DNA from: Prochlorococcus sp. AG-355-P16
GTDB lineage: Bacteria; Cyanobacteriota; Cyanobacteriia; PCC-6307; Cyanobiaceae
Direction: 5' to 3'
DNA length: 64,000 nt
Assembly: GCA_003278525.1 (NCBI GenBank)
Contig: QCEQ01000001.1
Location: 97,934-161,933 of the forward strand
A model generated the notes under the pieces. That model worked only from the letters and a program-made list of their open reading frames with translations, did no database searches and was not told the origin of the DNA. Within the stretch, counting starts at the first letter, position 1. Each line of letters starts with the position of its first letter. The position numbers and the translations under genes are program-made. Positions 40,287-51,380 of this stretch are shown here, piece by piece.

Positions 40287-42362
40287 TCAGGAGTTGCCCT
40301 GATTCTTGGAAATGATAGCTTCAGCAACATTACGAGGAACTTCCTCATAATTTGCGAACTCCATTGAAAATATACCCCGACCTTGAGTCATTGATCGGAG
40401 TTGAGTGGCATAACCGAACATTTCGGCTAAGGGCACTTTGGCCTGTACCTTAGACAATCCATCATCAACAGATTGTCCTTCTACTTGACCTCTTCTAGAG
40501 GAGAGATCACCAATTACAGATCCAAGAAAGTCATCAGGACTTTCGACCTCAACTTTCATCATAGGCTCTAAAAGAACTGGGTTGCATTTTTTAACCCCAT
40601 CTTTAAAAGCCATGGATCCTGCAATTTTGAAGGCCATTTCAGATGAGTCTACATCGTGGAATGAACCATCGACTAGTGTTACTTTTACATCAATGAGTGG
40701 ATAACCGGCAAGTACACCAGATTCACAGGTTTCTTTCATGCCATTAGATGCAGGGCCAATGTACTCTTTAGGTACAGCTCCGCCAACAATTTTGTTTACG
40801 AATTCAAACCCTTTACCAACTTCTGCAGGTTCCATTTCAATAATCACATGACCATATTGACCTTTTCCACCAGTTTGTCTTGCATATTTACCTTCACCTT
40901 TAGAACTAGACCTAATGGTCTCTCTGTAAGAAACTTGGGGAGCACCAATATTAGCTTCAACTTTAAATTCCCTCAACATTCTGTCAACAAGGATTTCTAG
41001 ATGCAATTCACCCATACCAGCGATTACAGTTTGATTTGTCTCAGGATCTGTACTGACCCTAAAGGTTGGATCCTCTTCTGATAAAGCAGTTAAAGCTTTG
41101 GATAATTTTTCCATATCTCCTTTGGTTTTTGGCTCAACTGCAACTGATATAACTGGTTCAGGGATGAACAATGTCTCCAAGACTATTGGGTCATCAGTGT
41201 TACATAAAGTGTCACCAGTTGTCGTATTCTTCAGACCTAGTACTGCTCCTAAATCTCCTGCCCTCAATTCGTCAACTTCCTCTCTTTCATCAGCCTTTAA
41301 TATTACTAATCTAGAAATTCTCTCTTTAGCATCTTTAGTAGAGTTCATGACATAACTACCTTTTGCAAGTACACCTGAATACATCCTCACAAAAGTTAAT
41401 TTCCCATAAGGGTCTGACATTACTTTAAATGCTAGTGCACTAAAAGGTGCATTATCATCTGAAGGTCTTATATCTTCCTTACCACTTGGTAAAACTCCTT
41501 GTATTGGTTTTACGTCAACTGGAGCTGGTAAGTAATCAACAACAGCATCTAGAACAAGTTGAACACCCTTATTTTTAAAAGCTGAACCGCATAATACTGG
41601 AACCAAGCCATGTTTTAAAACCCCTTCCCTAATTCCTTTTTTAAGTTGTTCTTCAGATAGTTCTCCTGTTTCGAGGAATATTTCTATTAACTCTTCATCA
41701 TTTTCTGCAACACTTTCCATCAACTTATTTCTCCACTCAGCAGCTTCCTCGACCATGTCAGATGGAATTGGAGCTTCTTCAATATCAGTACCTAAATCGT
41801 TTTTGTAAAGATATGCTTTGTTGGCTACTAAATCAATAATGCCTGTGAGATCACCTTCAGCGCCAATAGGCAACTGAATTGGAAGTGCATTTGCCTTTAG
41901 TCGCTCTTTAATTTGATTATTAACCCTTAGAAAATTTGCACCAGTTCTGTCCATTTTATTAACAAAAACCATTCTTGGGACAGAATATCTATCTGCTTGA
42001 CGCCAAACCGTTTCGGATTGAGGCTGAACTCCACCAACTGCACAAAATACAGCTATGACTCCGTCCAAGACTCGCATCGATCTTTCAACTTCAATAGTAA
42101 AATCAACGTGTCCAGGAGTATCAATGATATTAATTCTGTGATCTTGCCAACTAGTAGATATTGCAGCAGCAGTAATAGTAATTCCTCTTTCTCTTTCTTG
42201 ATCCATCCAATCAGTTACGGCAGCACCATCATGTACCTCTCCTATCTTGTGAACAACACCTGAATAAAACAAAATTCTTTCGGTTGTTGTTGTCTTCCCT
42301 GCATCAATATGAGCGGCTATACCTATATTCCTTACTCGTTCTAGGGGAAAGTCGCGTGCCAA
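40287..42362 (-). CDS. fusA: Elongation factor G
   Basis: [13 protein letters not shown] and NKMD; TTG start. Confidence 0.98.
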   Translation of the reverse strand: MARDFPLERVRNIGIAAHIDAGKTTTTERILFYSGVVHKIGEVHDGAAVTDWMDQERERGITITAAAISTSWQDHRINIIDTPGHVDFTIEVERSMRVLDGVIAVFCAVGGVQPQSETVWRQADRYSVPRMVFVNKMDRTGANFLRVNNQIKERLKANALPIQLPIGAEGDLTGIIDLVANKAYLYKNDLGTDIEEAPIPSDMVEEAAEWRNKLMESVAENDEELIEIFLETGELSEEQLKKGIREGVLKHGLVPVLCGSAFKNKGVQLVLDAVVDYLPAPVDVKPIQGVLPSGKEDIRPSDDNAPFSALAFKVMSDPYGKLTFVRMYSGVLAKGSYVMNSTKDAKERISRLVILKADEREEVDELRAGDLGAVLGLKNTTTGDTLCNTDDPIVLETLFIPEPVISVAVEPKTKGDMEKLSKALTALSEEDPTFRVSTDPETNQTVIAGMGELHLEILVDRMLREFKVEANIGAPQVSYRETIRSSSKGEGKYARQTGGKGQYGHVIIEMEPAEVGKGFEFVNKIVGGAVPKEYIGPASNGMKETCESGVLAGYPLIDVKVTLVDGSFHDVDSSEMAFKIAGSMAFKDGVKKCNPVLLEPMMKVEVESPDDFLGSVIGDLSSRRGQVEGQSVDDGLSKVQAKVPLAEMFGYATQLRSMTQGRGIFSMEFANYEEVPRNVAEAIISKNQGNS

Positions 42363-42459
42363 TTTTAAAGCTCCAAATAAAATAATTTTTGTTAAGTATA
42401 GTTCACCCTAAAAGCAAACTTTAATAATAATAAACTACTTAAGTACCTTTTTGATGAAA

Positions 42460-42930
42460 TTAATATCTGTAATGTGCAAAAGCTTTGTTAGCTTCAGCCA
42501 TTTTATGAGTGTCTTCTCTTTTTTTAACGGCACTACCAGTTTCATTTGCTGCATCCATCAACTCACCAGCAAGTTTTTGGGACATACTTTTGCCATTCCT
42601 TGCTCGTGAAAATGTAACAAGCCATCTCAATGCCATTGCTGTACCCCTTTCTTGGCGTACTTCCATAGGTACTTGATATGTTGCACCACCAACTCTTCTT
42701 GCTCGTACCTCAACAAGAGGAGTAGCATTTTTTACAGCTGTTTCAAACAATTCGACTGCATTTCCACCTGTTCTCTCGCTGATCAAAGAAAAAGCATCAG
42801 ATAATATTCTTTGAGCTGTAGATTTTTTACCATGTTTCATCAATCTAGAAATCATCATTGAAGCAAGACGACTATTAAATTGAGGATCTGGAAGAACTGG
42901 TCTTTTTACCGCTGCATTACGACGTGACAT
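42460..42930 (-). CDS. rpsG: 30S ribosomal protein S7
   Basis: [11 protein letters not shown] and [12 protein letters not shown]. Confidence 0.98.
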   Translation of the reverse strand: MSRRNAAVKRPVLPDPQFNSRLASMMISRLMKHGKKSTAQRILSDAFSLISERTGGNAVELFETAVKNATPLVEVRARRVGGATYQVPMEVRQERGTAMALRWLVTFSRARNGKSMSQKLAGELMDAANETGSAVKKREDTHKMAEANKAFAHYRY

Positions 42931-42955
42931 GTTTTTAAAAAGTGATGTTTACAAA

Positions 42956-43330
42956 TTAATCTTTTGGAGCTTTTGCTCCATATTTAGATCTGGATTGACG
43001 TCTATCTTTGACTCCAGCCGTATCTAAAGTTCCCCTTATTATATGATATCTAACTCCTGGCAAATCCTTAACTCTTCCTCCCCTAAGTAGGACTACTGAG
43101 TGTTCTTGCAAATTATGTCCAATACCAGGAATATAAGCCGTTACTTCGAAACCAGATGTTAATCTCACCCTCGCAACTTTTCTTAAAGCTGAATTAGGTT
43201 TTTTAGGTGTTGATGTATAAACTCTCGTACATACTCCTCTTCTTTCAGGACAAGCTTTTAATGCAGGAGATTTTGTTTTTCTAGTCAGACTTTTTCTTTC
43301 TGAACCTATTAATTGTGAGATGGTAGGCAT
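42956..43330 (-). CDS. rpsL: 30S ribosomal protein S12
   Basis: [10 protein letters not shown] and [11 protein letters not shown]. Confidence 0.98.
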   Translation of the reverse strand: MPTISQLIGSERKSLTRKTKSPALKACPERRGVCTRVYTSTPKKPNSALRKVARVRLTSGFEVTAYIPGIGHNLQEHSVVLLRGGRVKDLPGVRYHIIRGTLDTAGVKDRRQSRSKYGAKAPKD

Positions 43331-43524
43331 CTATTATATAAAAAAAAATAAACATCCCATTATCATAACCTTTTACGAGCACCAACTAAAAGTTTTTAAT
43401 GATATTTTTTTTAAAAATTGGTGAAATTAAATTTCTTTGGTAATTATTCATTATTTTTAGATTTATTTTCATATTTATTTTTATAATGGAAATACATAAA
43501 TAACTAAATAGAATTAAATAATCT

Positions 43525-46500
43525 ATGGGAGAGTGTATCAAAAGAATAGTTTGGCCATATCAAGATAGTTATTCCCCAAATGGAATAATTGGCGAGAAAG
43601 ATGCGTGCGGAGTGGGTTTCATAGCAAATATTAAAGGGGTAGAGAGCAACTGGATCCTAAAACAATCCCTAAAAGGGCTTAACTGCATGGAACATAGAGG
43701 AGGTTGTGGAGGAGATAGTGACTCAGGAGATGGAGCAGGCATTTTATGTTCAATTCCATGGGAATTCCTAGAAAAGAAGATGAATCTAAAAAATACAGAA
43801 GAATTGAATAGGGCTTTAGGAATGATTTTTATGCCAAATAAAAAAGAGAAAATTGAAGAATGTAAATCAATATGTGAGCAAGAAGCAGAAAAATTGAAAG
43901 TCAACAAAACATCTTGGAGGAAAGTACCTGTTAATTATGAAATCTTAGGTCCTCTAGCAAAAGCAAATGCTCCATTCATAAGTCAGTGGATTTTGTATAT
44001 AGATAAAAAAGATCATCAGGATGTTGAAAGGCTTTTATTTCAATTAAGGAAAAGAATTGAGAAAAAAATAAGAGAAACTTTCAAAAACGATGTAGGGGAT
44101 TGTGAATTTTATTTTGCCTCATTAAGTTCTCAAACAGTTGTTTATAAAGGTATGGTTCGCTCTGAAATATTATCCGATTTTTATCAAGATCTAAAAGAAG
44201 AGAGTTTTAAAGTTTCATTTTCTGTTTATCATCGTAGATTTAGTACCAATACACTCCCAAAATGGCCCCTAGCTCAACCCATGAGATTTTTGGGTCACAA
44301 TGGCGAAATAAATACTCTCTTGGGTAATATCAACTGGGCTAAAGCTGCAGAAAAACATATAGATGATTTTTGGGGAGAGTTATCTAATGAAATCAAGCCC
44401 ATTGTGGATGTAAACAAAAGTGATTCATCAAATCTTGATGCAACCCTTGAAATCAATATTCGTTCAGGTCAGCCCATTACTGACTCATTATTAAAACTTG
44501 TTCCTGAAGCATTTCGAGATCAACCACAACTTGAGCAGAGAGAAGATATAAAAGCTTTTTATGAATATTCTGCAAGCCTGCAAGAAGCTTGGGATGGTCC
44601 AGCTCTTCTAGTATTTGCAGATGGAAATTTTGTCGGTGCAACGCTTGATAGAAATGGCCTAAGACCTGCAAGATATTCAATCACAAATGATGGTTTTGTA
44701 ATAATGGGTTCTGAAACAGGAGTAGTAGATCTTGAAGAAGAAAGAGTAATAGAAAAAGGTCGATTAGGACCCGGACAAATGCTGGCAGTTGATTTTCATC
44801 AGAATAGAATCCTAAGAAATTGGGAAGTAAAATCTGAAGCCGCTCAAAGGCATGATTATAAAAATCTTCTCAGTAATAGAACTATAAAAATTGAAGATAA
44901 TGAATGGTTTAAAGACTGCAAACTAAAAGATCTTGATTTGTTGCAACAGCAAACTGCATACGGTTTTTCAGCGGAAGATAATGAACTTATCTTAGATTCA
45001 ATGGCTTCATTAGCTAAAGAGCCTACTTATTGCATGGGCGATGACATCCCATTAGCAGTTCTTTCATCTAAGCCACATATTTTATACGACTACTTTAAGC
45101 AAAGATTTGCGCAAGTTACTAATCCTCCTATTGACCCTCTAAGAGAAAAACTTGTAATGAGTTTAGAGATGCATCTAGGAGAAAGATGTACACCATTTGA
45201 GATTAAAGATGCTAAACCCTTTATTCATTTACAAAGTCCGATTCTTAATGAGGAAGAACTCATTTCCATCAAAAAATCAAAAATTAAATCTCAGACAATT
45301 TCAAGTTTGTTTGACTTAGAGGAAGGTATTCAAGGGTTGGAGAACCAATTAAAAGCAATCTGTAAACAGAGTGAGTTGTCGATAAAAGAAGGTTGCTCTT
45401 TAATTATCATTTCAGATAAGGGAATTAATCCTAAAAAGACTTTTATACCTCCTTTACTTGCTGTTGGAGCAATTCATCATTATCTTCTTAAAAAAGAAAT
45501 CAGGCTAAAAGCTTCTCTAATAATTGAGACTGGTCAATGTTGGAGCACACATCACTTAGCTTGTTTAATTGGATATGGAGCAAGTGCAGTTTGCCCTTGG
45601 TTGACCTTCGAAGCAGGTAGACACTGGTTAAAACATCCAAAAACGCAAAAACTAATTGATAGCAAAAAAATAAATCCATTATCAATAGTTGATGTTCAAG
45701 AAAATATTAAAAAAGCTTTAGAAGACGGTCTAAGAAAAATTCTTTCAAAAATAGGCATCTCACTTTTATCTAGTTACCATGGTGCACAAATTTTTGAAGC
45801 TGTAGGCCTTGGATCTGACTTAATAAAAATTGCTTTTGATGGTACAACAAGTCGTATTGCTGGCATTACGTTAAAAGAATTAACTAATGAAACACTTTCA
45901 ATACATACAAAAGCCTATCCAGAGGTCGATATAAAGAAATTAGAATTTTTAGGATTTGTACAATTTAGAAATAATGGAGAATATCATTCCAATAACCCCG
46001 AGATGTCCAAAGTTTTACATTCAGCAGTAAAACAAGGGCCAGGATACGATCATTTTGAAACTTACAAAAAACTTATTAGTAATAGGCCGACAACATCTCT
46101 GAGAGATTTACTAACAATTAATTCAACAAGAAAAAGCATTCCATTAGAGGAAGTTGAAAGTGTTGAATCAATTTGCAAAAGGTTCTGTACTGGAGGAATG
46201 AGTTTAGGTGCTTTATCTAGAGAAGCGCATGAAGTTTTAGCAGTTGCAATGAATAGAATTGGTGGAAAAAGTAATAGTGGAGAAGGGGGAGAAGATCCAG
46301 CTCGTTTTAATGTTTTAAATGATATCGATGAAAATACTCAGTCAGCCACTTTGCCATTTATTAAAGGCTTAGAAAATGGAGACACCGCATGCTCAGCTAT
46401 TAAACAAATAGCATCAGGAAGATTTGGAGTTACACCTGAATATCTAAGAAGTGGTAAACAACTCGAAATTAAAATGGCTCAAGGTGCAAAACCCGGAGAA

Positions 46501-48096
46501 GGGGGACAATTACCTGGACCAAAAGTTGATTCTTATATCGCAAAACTAAGAAATAGTAAACCTGGAGTAGCTTTAATATCTCCTCCCCCGCATCATGATA
46601 TTTATTCAATTGAAGATTTAGCTCAACTTATCCACGACTTACACCAAGTTCATCCAAAAGCGAAAGTAAGCGTTAAACTCGTTTCTGAAATTGGTATAGG
46701 CACTATTGCTGCTGGAGTAAGCAAAGCTAATGCAGATGTAATTCAAATATCAGGCCATGACGGAGGTACTGGTGCTTCACCCCTGAGTTCTATTAAACAT
46801 GCAGGTTTACCATGGGAACTAGGTGTTGCTGAGGTTCATAAATCTCTCTTAGAGAATAACTTACGCGAAAGAGTAATTTTGAGAACTGATGGAGGTCTTA
46901 AAACAGGCTGGGACGTAGTTATTGCAGCTTTACTAGGTGCAGAAGAATACGGTTTTGGTTCTGTAGCGATGATTGCTGAAGGATGCATAATGGCTCGGGT
47001 TTGTCATACAAACAAGTGTCCTGTTGGAGTTGCCACTCAAAAAGAAGAATTAAGAAGAAGATTTAAAGGTATTCCAGAAAATGTTGTCAATTTTTTCCTG
47101 TATATTGCTGAAGAAGTAAGACAGATAATGAGTAGTATCGGTGTTTCTAATATGGAAGAACTGATTGGTAATCAAGAATTTCTTTCTGAAAGAAATATCG
47201 ATCTTCCAAAAACTTCTAATATTGATCTTTCTTCCCTAGTAAATGAGCACTCAACCCCTGAAAGATCATGGTTAAAACATTCAAAAAACGCCCATAGTAA
47301 CGGTTTTGTATTAGAAGACGAGTTTTTGTCTGATGCTGAATTTATAGATTCAATTAAAAATCACCAATTATTAACCAAAGAAATTGAGATAAAAAATACA
47401 GATAGAAGTGTGTGTGCGAAAATGTCAGGGGAAATCGCAGAACTTCACGGCAACACTGGCTTCAACGGCAAACTCAACTTAAATTTCAAAGGATATGCAG
47501 GACAAAGCTTTGGTGCCTTTTTATTGAAGGGAATGAATGTCCAATTAATCGGAGAAGCAAATGATTATGTTTGTAAAGGAATGAATGGAGGAATACTCAC
47601 AATAATTCCACCAAAAATAAATGAAATCTCCTCCGAACAAGTCATCCTAGGAAATACTTGTCTTTATGGAGCAACAGGTGGAAAATTATTTGCATTAGGA
47701 AAATCGGGAGAAAGATTTGCGGTTAGAAATAGTGGTGCTACAGCGGTAACAGAGGGAGCAGGTGATCATTGTTGTGAATACATGACTGGTGGGAAAGTTG
47801 TTATTCTAGGTTCCATAGGAAGGAATATTGGTGCGGGCATGACTGGTGGAATAGCTTTTATATTCGATGAAAATAATGATTTAAGTAATAAAGTAAATAA
47901 AGAAATAGTAAGCATTCATCAAATAACTTCATCAAAGCAGGAAAATATCTTATTGGAAATTATTAGAGAATATCAAGCAAAAACAAATAGCTTAAAGGCT
48001 GCCAAAATAATTGAAAATTGGTCTCATTTTAAGAGTACTTTCAAATTGATTGTTCCCCCAAGCGAAGAAGAGATGCTTGGTATAAAAAAAATGTAA
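43525..48096 (+). CDS. glsF: Ferredoxin-dependent glutamate synthase
   Basis: EKDACGVGF (Ntn Cys), HNGEINT, FMN domain GAKPGEGG, 3Fe-4S CIMARVCHTNKC, GXGXG C-terminal domain. Confidence 0.96.
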   Translation: MGECIKRIVWPYQDSYSPNGIIGEKDACGVGFIANIKGVESNWILKQSLKGLNCMEHRGGCGGDSDSGDGAGILCSIPWEFLEKKMNLKNTEELNRALGMIFMPNKKEKIEECKSICEQEAEKLKVNKTSWRKVPVNYEILGPLAKANAPFISQWILYIDKKDHQDVERLLFQLRKRIEKKIRETFKNDVGDCEFYFASLSSQTVVYKGMVRSEILSDFYQDLKEESFKVSFSVYHRRFSTNTLPKWPLAQPMRFLGHNGEINTLLGNINWAKAAEKHIDDFWGELSNEIKPIVDVNKSDSSNLDATLEINIRSGQPITDSLLKLVPEAFRDQPQLEQREDIKAFYEYSASLQEAWDGPALLVFADGNFVGATLDRNGLRPARYSITNDGFVIMGSETGVVDLEEERVIEKGRLGPGQMLAVDFHQNRILRNWEVKSEAAQRHDYKNLLSNRTIKIEDNEWFKDCKLKDLDLLQQQTAYGFSAEDNELILDSMASLAKEPTYCMGDDIPLAVLSSKPHILYDYFKQRFAQVTNPPIDPLREKLVMSLEMHLGERCTPFEIKDAKPFIHLQSPILNEEELISIKKSKIKSQTISSLFDLEEGIQGLENQLKAICKQSELSIKEGCSLIIISDKGINPKKTFIPPLLAVGAIHHYLLKKEIRLKASLIIETGQCWSTHHLACLIGYGASAVCPWLTFEAGRHWLKHPKTQKLIDSKKINPLSIVDVQENIKKALEDGLRKILSKIGISLLSSYHGAQIFEAVGLGSDLIKIAFDGTTSRIAGITLKELTNETLSIHTKAYPEVDIKKLEFLGFVQFRNNGEYHSNNPEMSKVLHSAVKQGPGYDHFETYKKLISNRPTTSLRDLLTINSTRKSIPLEEVESVESICKRFCTGGMSLGALSREAHEVLAVAMNRIGGKSNSGEGGEDPARFNVLNDIDENTQSATLPFIKGLENGDTACSAIKQIASGRFGVTPEYLRSGKQLEIKMAQGAKPGEGGQLPGPKVDSYIAKLRNSKPGVALISPPPHHDIYSIEDLAQLIHDLHQVHPKAKVSVKLVSEIGIGTIAAGVSKANADVIQISGHDGGTGASPLSSIKHAGLPWELGVAEVHKSLLENNLRERVILRTDGGLKTGWDVVIAALLGAEEYGFGSVAMIAEGCIMARVCHTNKCPVGVATQKEELRRRFKGIPENVVNFFLYIAEEVRQIMSSIGVSNMEELIGNQEFLSERNIDLPKTSNIDLSSLVNEHSTPERSWLKHSKNAHSNGFVLEDEFLSDAEFIDSIKNHQLLTKEIEIKNTDRSVCAKMSGEIAELHGNTGFNGKLNLNFKGYAGQSFGAFLLKGMNVQLIGEANDYVCKGMNGGILTIIPPKINEISSEQVILGNTCLYGATGGKLFALGKSGERFAVRNSGATAVTEGAGDHCCEYMTGGKVVILGSIGRNIGAGMTGGIAFIFDENNDLSNKVNKEIVSIHQITSSKQENILLEIIREYQAKTNSLKAAKIIENWSHFKSTFKLIVPPSEEEMLGIKKM

Positions 48097-48390
48097 ATGC
48101 CTTTCTTTGTAAAAACTGAAATTATAAAAAAAGAATACTTAATCAATAACGATTTAAAACGAAAAATAATTAACGAACATATTGATTGGGTAAAAAAATT
48201 AAAAAAAGAGGGAATTAATATAAAAAGTGGCTTTTTGGTAGATAAGTTAAATAGGCCAGGTGACGGCGGGTTACTTATTCTTGAGATTAATAACTATAGA
48301 AATGCACTTAAAATAATCAAGAATGATCCAATGATTAAAAATGATTTAGTTGAATGGAAATTAAATGAGTGGGTAGATCCAAATAAATAA
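48097..48390 (+). CDS. YciI family protein
   Basis: EHIDWV, SGFL, GGLLI and DP motifs; ATG directly abuts the glsF stop. Confidence 0.8.
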   Translation: MPFFVKTEIIKKEYLINNDLKRKIINEHIDWVKKLKKEGINIKSGFLVDKLNRPGDGGLLILEINNYRNALKIIKNDPMIKNDLVEWKLNEWVDPNK

Positions 48391-48396
48391 ATATAA

Positions 48397-49290
48397 CTAT
48401 CTTGGGTACTTTTTCATAAGTTTTTGAATCTCTTCAGCATGGTAGCTACTTCGAGTTAATGGAGAACTAACTACCTGCATGAAGTTTAAATCTTTTTCCC
48501 CGAACGCTTTAAAGTAGTTAAATTTTGAAGGACTCACAAATCTTTTAACGGGTAAATGATTAGGGCCAGGAGATAAATATTGGCCAATAGTAACAATATC
48601 AACGAAATTACTTTTTAAATCCTTAAGCAGACTTAAGACCTCCTTGTCTTTTTCCCCTAAACCAAGCATGAAGCCTGACTTTGTATAAATTTTGGGAGAA
48701 TAGTCTCTGGTTCTTTTAAGCAACTCAAGAGTTCTTTCATATTTCCCTTGAGGTCTTACTTTTTTATATAGCGAAGACACAGTCTCAATATTGTGGTTTA
48801 AAACGTTTGGATTTGAATCAAGAACTTTTTCAAGCGCTTTCCAGTTGCCACAAAGATCAGGTATTAGAAGCTCAATAGTAGTTTCAGGAGATTTTTTTCT
48901 TACCTGATAAACACATTCAAAAAATTGAGATGCACCACCATCCTCAAGATCGTCTCTATTAACTGATGTGATTACAACATGTTTAAGTTGCATTCTGTAA
49001 ACAGCTTCGGCTAAACGATATGGTTCTGTTGGATCTAATTCTCTTTTAGATCTATCAAAATCAATATCGCAATATGGACATGCCCTAGTACAGCCAGGAC
49101 CCATTATCAGGAAAGTAGCAGTGCCACTTGCAAAACATTCACCAATATTTGGACAACTTGCCTCTTGACATACAGTATTGAGATTTAAATCATTTAATAA
49201 ATTTGCAGTATTACCAATTCGCTCAACTTGTGGAGCTTTGACCCTTAACCATTCGGGTTTTGAAATTAAACTATTAGGATTATTAGTCAC
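48397..49290 (-). CDS. lipA: Lipoyl synthase
   Basis: [20 protein letters not shown] and RSSY. Confidence 0.96.
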   Translation of the reverse strand: MTNNPNSLISKPEWLRVKAPQVERIGNTANLLNDLNLNTVCQEASCPNIGECFASGTATFLIMGPGCTRACPYCDIDFDRSKRELDPTEPYRLAEAVYRMQLKHVVITSVNRDDLEDGGASQFFECVYQVRKKSPETTIELLIPDLCGNWKALEKVLDSNPNVLNHNIETVSSLYKKVRPQGKYERTLELLKRTRDYSPKIYTKSGFMLGLGEKDKEVLSLLKDLKSNFVDIVTIGQYLSPGPNHLPVKRFVSPSKFNYFKAFGEKDLNFMQVVSSPLTRSSYHAEEIQKLMKKYPR

Positions 49291-49483
49291 ATTAAATCTT
49301 CTTTACCTATAATTTTATTTTACTAAAAACAAGATGAATTAACTATTTATAATTTCAAAACGAAGCTAATTCAAAAGAAGTAAATAAATAAAAATTAATT
49401 CAACTAATCCTTCTGCAATTAAGAAAATCTTAATTAAATTTACTGGTAACTTAACGTTCTTGTTTCATTAACTAAAATTGAAT

Positions 49484-49610
49484 CAGATTTCAGAACGTTC
49501 TTTTTAATACAGATATCAGAACTTTCTATTTTTTAAAGTATAGCTAAATAATAAACAATAATTGCAATATTTTGTACTAAAAAGTGTTTTTTTAATTATT
49601 TTTTGATACA
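49484..49610. promoter_or_regulatory. Repeat cluster (res-like/operator sites) upstream of the recombinase-like gene
   Basis: Direct repeat CAGATTTCAGAACGTTCT (49484-49501) / CAGATATCAGAACTTTCT (49510-49527), 16/18 identical; imperfect inverted repeat TGTACTAAAAA (49573-49583) / TTTTTGATACA (49600-49610). Confidence 0.45.
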
Positions 49611-49634
49611 GTAAAAAATATATGTAATAAAACA

Positions 49635-50258
49635 TTGACTTTTAAATTTAAAAGAAAACGTATTTTATTATCTGAAAAAAATAAAAACTTTAAAGCAATA
49701 GGTTATGCTAGAGCTACTCATAACGAATATGAAAATTTAGAAGAGCAAATAAAAAATTTGAAGGAAGAGGGTTGCAGTTTAGTGTTCTCTGAATTTATAA
49801 GTTTAGATGAAGAAATCAAACCCCAACTCAATAAAGCTATAAATTCCTTATCAAAAGGCGATCAATTAATGATAACTCAGCTTGATCGAGCATTTAAAAA
49901 TAAAAAAGAATTTTTGATAACAATCAACAAACTTATTAATAAGGATATTCAATTGCGAACTTTGACTGGTTTTTTTGCTGCTAATGAATCTTCTAATGCA
50001 AATTCTTCAATTTTTAAGATTTTATATGAATTAGATAATTTAGAAGACAAAAGTTTAGGTGAAAGAAAAAAAGAACAACTATTACGCAGAAAATTATCTG
50101 GAAATAATTTGGGAGGAAGGCCCAAAATAAGTCCTCTAAAAGAATCTTTAGTAATCAGATTGCGTAATGAAGGATATTCTTATCGATCAATCAGATCACA
50201 AACAGGAATTGCGTTGTCAACAATAAGAAGAGTAATTTTGGAAGGAGAACTAACATAA
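49635..50258 (+). CDS. Small serine recombinase (resolvase/invertase)-like protein with degenerate active site
   Basis: IGYARAT, EEQ...GC, KPQL, GDQL..TQLDRAFKN, helix E, GGRPK and C-terminal HTH (GYSYRSIRSQTGIALSTIRR). Confidence 0.85.
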   Translation: MTFKFKRKRILLSEKNKNFKAIGYARATHNEYENLEEQIKNLKEEGCSLVFSEFISLDEEIKPQLNKAINSLSKGDQLMITQLDRAFKNKKEFLITINKLINKDIQLRTLTGFFAANESSNANSSIFKILYELDNLEDKSLGERKKEQLLRRKLSGNNLGGRPKISPLKESLVIRLRNEGYSYRSIRSQTGIALSTIRRVILEGELT

Positions 50259-50259
50259 A

Positions 50260-50472
50260 ATGAAGAGGAAAATAATTGAAAATTTAATTAAAGAAAATTT
50301 TAAAGATACAGCATTGCGTATTTATGAATTAGATAATGAAGATAGAAAAAGTTTATTAGCTGAATATAGAGAATGGATTATGAATGATTTAGATTTTGAA
50401 GAAGTAATGATGTTGCCTTATGAAGCATATACTGACAAATTAGATTCTAATTTCTTAGAAGATTCAATTTAG
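50260..50472 (+). CDS. Small acidic hypothetical protein
   Basis: 70-aa ORF starting 1 nt after the recombinase-like stop; 18 D/E versus 10 K/R. Confidence 0.7.
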   Translation: MKRKIIENLIKENFKDTALRIYELDNEDRKSLLAEYREWIMNDLDFEEVMMLPYEAYTDKLDSNFLEDSI

Positions 50473-50474
50473 TC

Positions 50475-51377
50475 CTAAATAGTATATTTTTTATTATATT
50501 CATATACTTCTTTTGATATTAATGGTAAGAAAGAAGAATCTTTAGAATATTTCTCACCATCACAAAAAACAACTAATAATGTGTGTAAAGATTGACTATT
50601 AGTCCACCAAGCAGAATCATGTCTAACTTCTGACATTAAGCCTGCTTTACTCCAAAGGTTAATGCTTTCTGGTAAGCCTGCACCCAAAAAACCATCTATT
50701 TGATTAAGAGAATCGTTTTTAAGAACAACTTTATCTAAATTTCTTTTTAAAAAACTTCGTAAATTTAAATCATTTTTTTGATAATCAATATGAATCATAA
50801 TTTCCTCCAAAACCCTTGCAGCCGAATCAGAATTCATAGCGTTTCTATTTTCATTATTATGTCCATAAAATTCTTTTTCACGACCAAATGGTCCATCATC
50901 CCAGGTCTTCTGACAGCAATTTAAACCACTCAATTCCTCCCAATCTAAATCATGTAGCCAATCGTTTATTATACTTCTTTGATATTTCCAATTTTCCCAT
51001 GATTTGCCCTCAATACAAGGTCCACTTGTTGTTCCAGTAAGTAAATCAATTAAAAAGCTTGTTGCATTATTACTTGAGAAAGATAACATTTTCCTTACAG
51101 CATCAATAATTTCATCCGATAAGAATAAACTTCCTTTTTTAATCCAATAATATGTAGCAAGACCATAAACCAACTTGACAATGCTGGCAGGGTAAACCAT
51201 TTTTTTATTATTTATGCCAGTGCCAAAACCTTTAAATACACTTTTATTTCTACTTTTATAATTAATCCAAGTTATCGCAAAATCCTCTCTTGAAAAATCT
51301 TTATTATAAGAGCATACTCTCCCTAAAATATCATTTAAGGCTAGACCCATCTCTTCACTTAAATAGTAAAAGGACAT
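50475..51377 (-). CDS. Class A beta-lactamase-like serine hydrolase (PBP-like)
   Basis: PASIVK (SxxK), SSN (SxN) and WSKAG (KxG). Confidence 0.85.
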   Translation of the reverse strand: MSFYYLSEEMGLALNDILGRVCSYNKDFSREDFAITWINYKSRNKSVFKGFGTGINNKKMVYPASIVKLVYGLATYYWIKKGSLFLSDEIIDAVRKMLSFSSNNATSFLIDLLTGTTSGPCIEGKSWENWKYQRSIINDWLHDLDWEELSGLNCCQKTWDDGPFGREKEFYGHNNENRNAMNSDSAARVLEEIMIHIDYQKNDLNLRSFLKRNLDKVVLKNDSLNQIDGFLGAGLPESINLWSKAGLMSEVRHDSAWWTNSQSLHTLLVVFCDGEKYSKDSSFLPLISKEVYEYNKKYTI

Positions 51378-51380
51378 TGT

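Noticed and set aside
39215-42263. Alternative-frame and antisense ORFs within tuf and fusA
   Set aside because: Codon-bias shadows of highly expressed genes.
49291-50472. Recombinase locus as an active transposon or invertible element
   Set aside because: No transposase, terminal inverted repeats, target duplication or paired inversion sites seen, and the catalytic residues are altered.
50475-51377. Acquired antibiotic-resistance beta-lactamase
   Set aside because: Housekeeping context with no mobility signs; it fits cyanobacterial PBP-like serine hydrolases.
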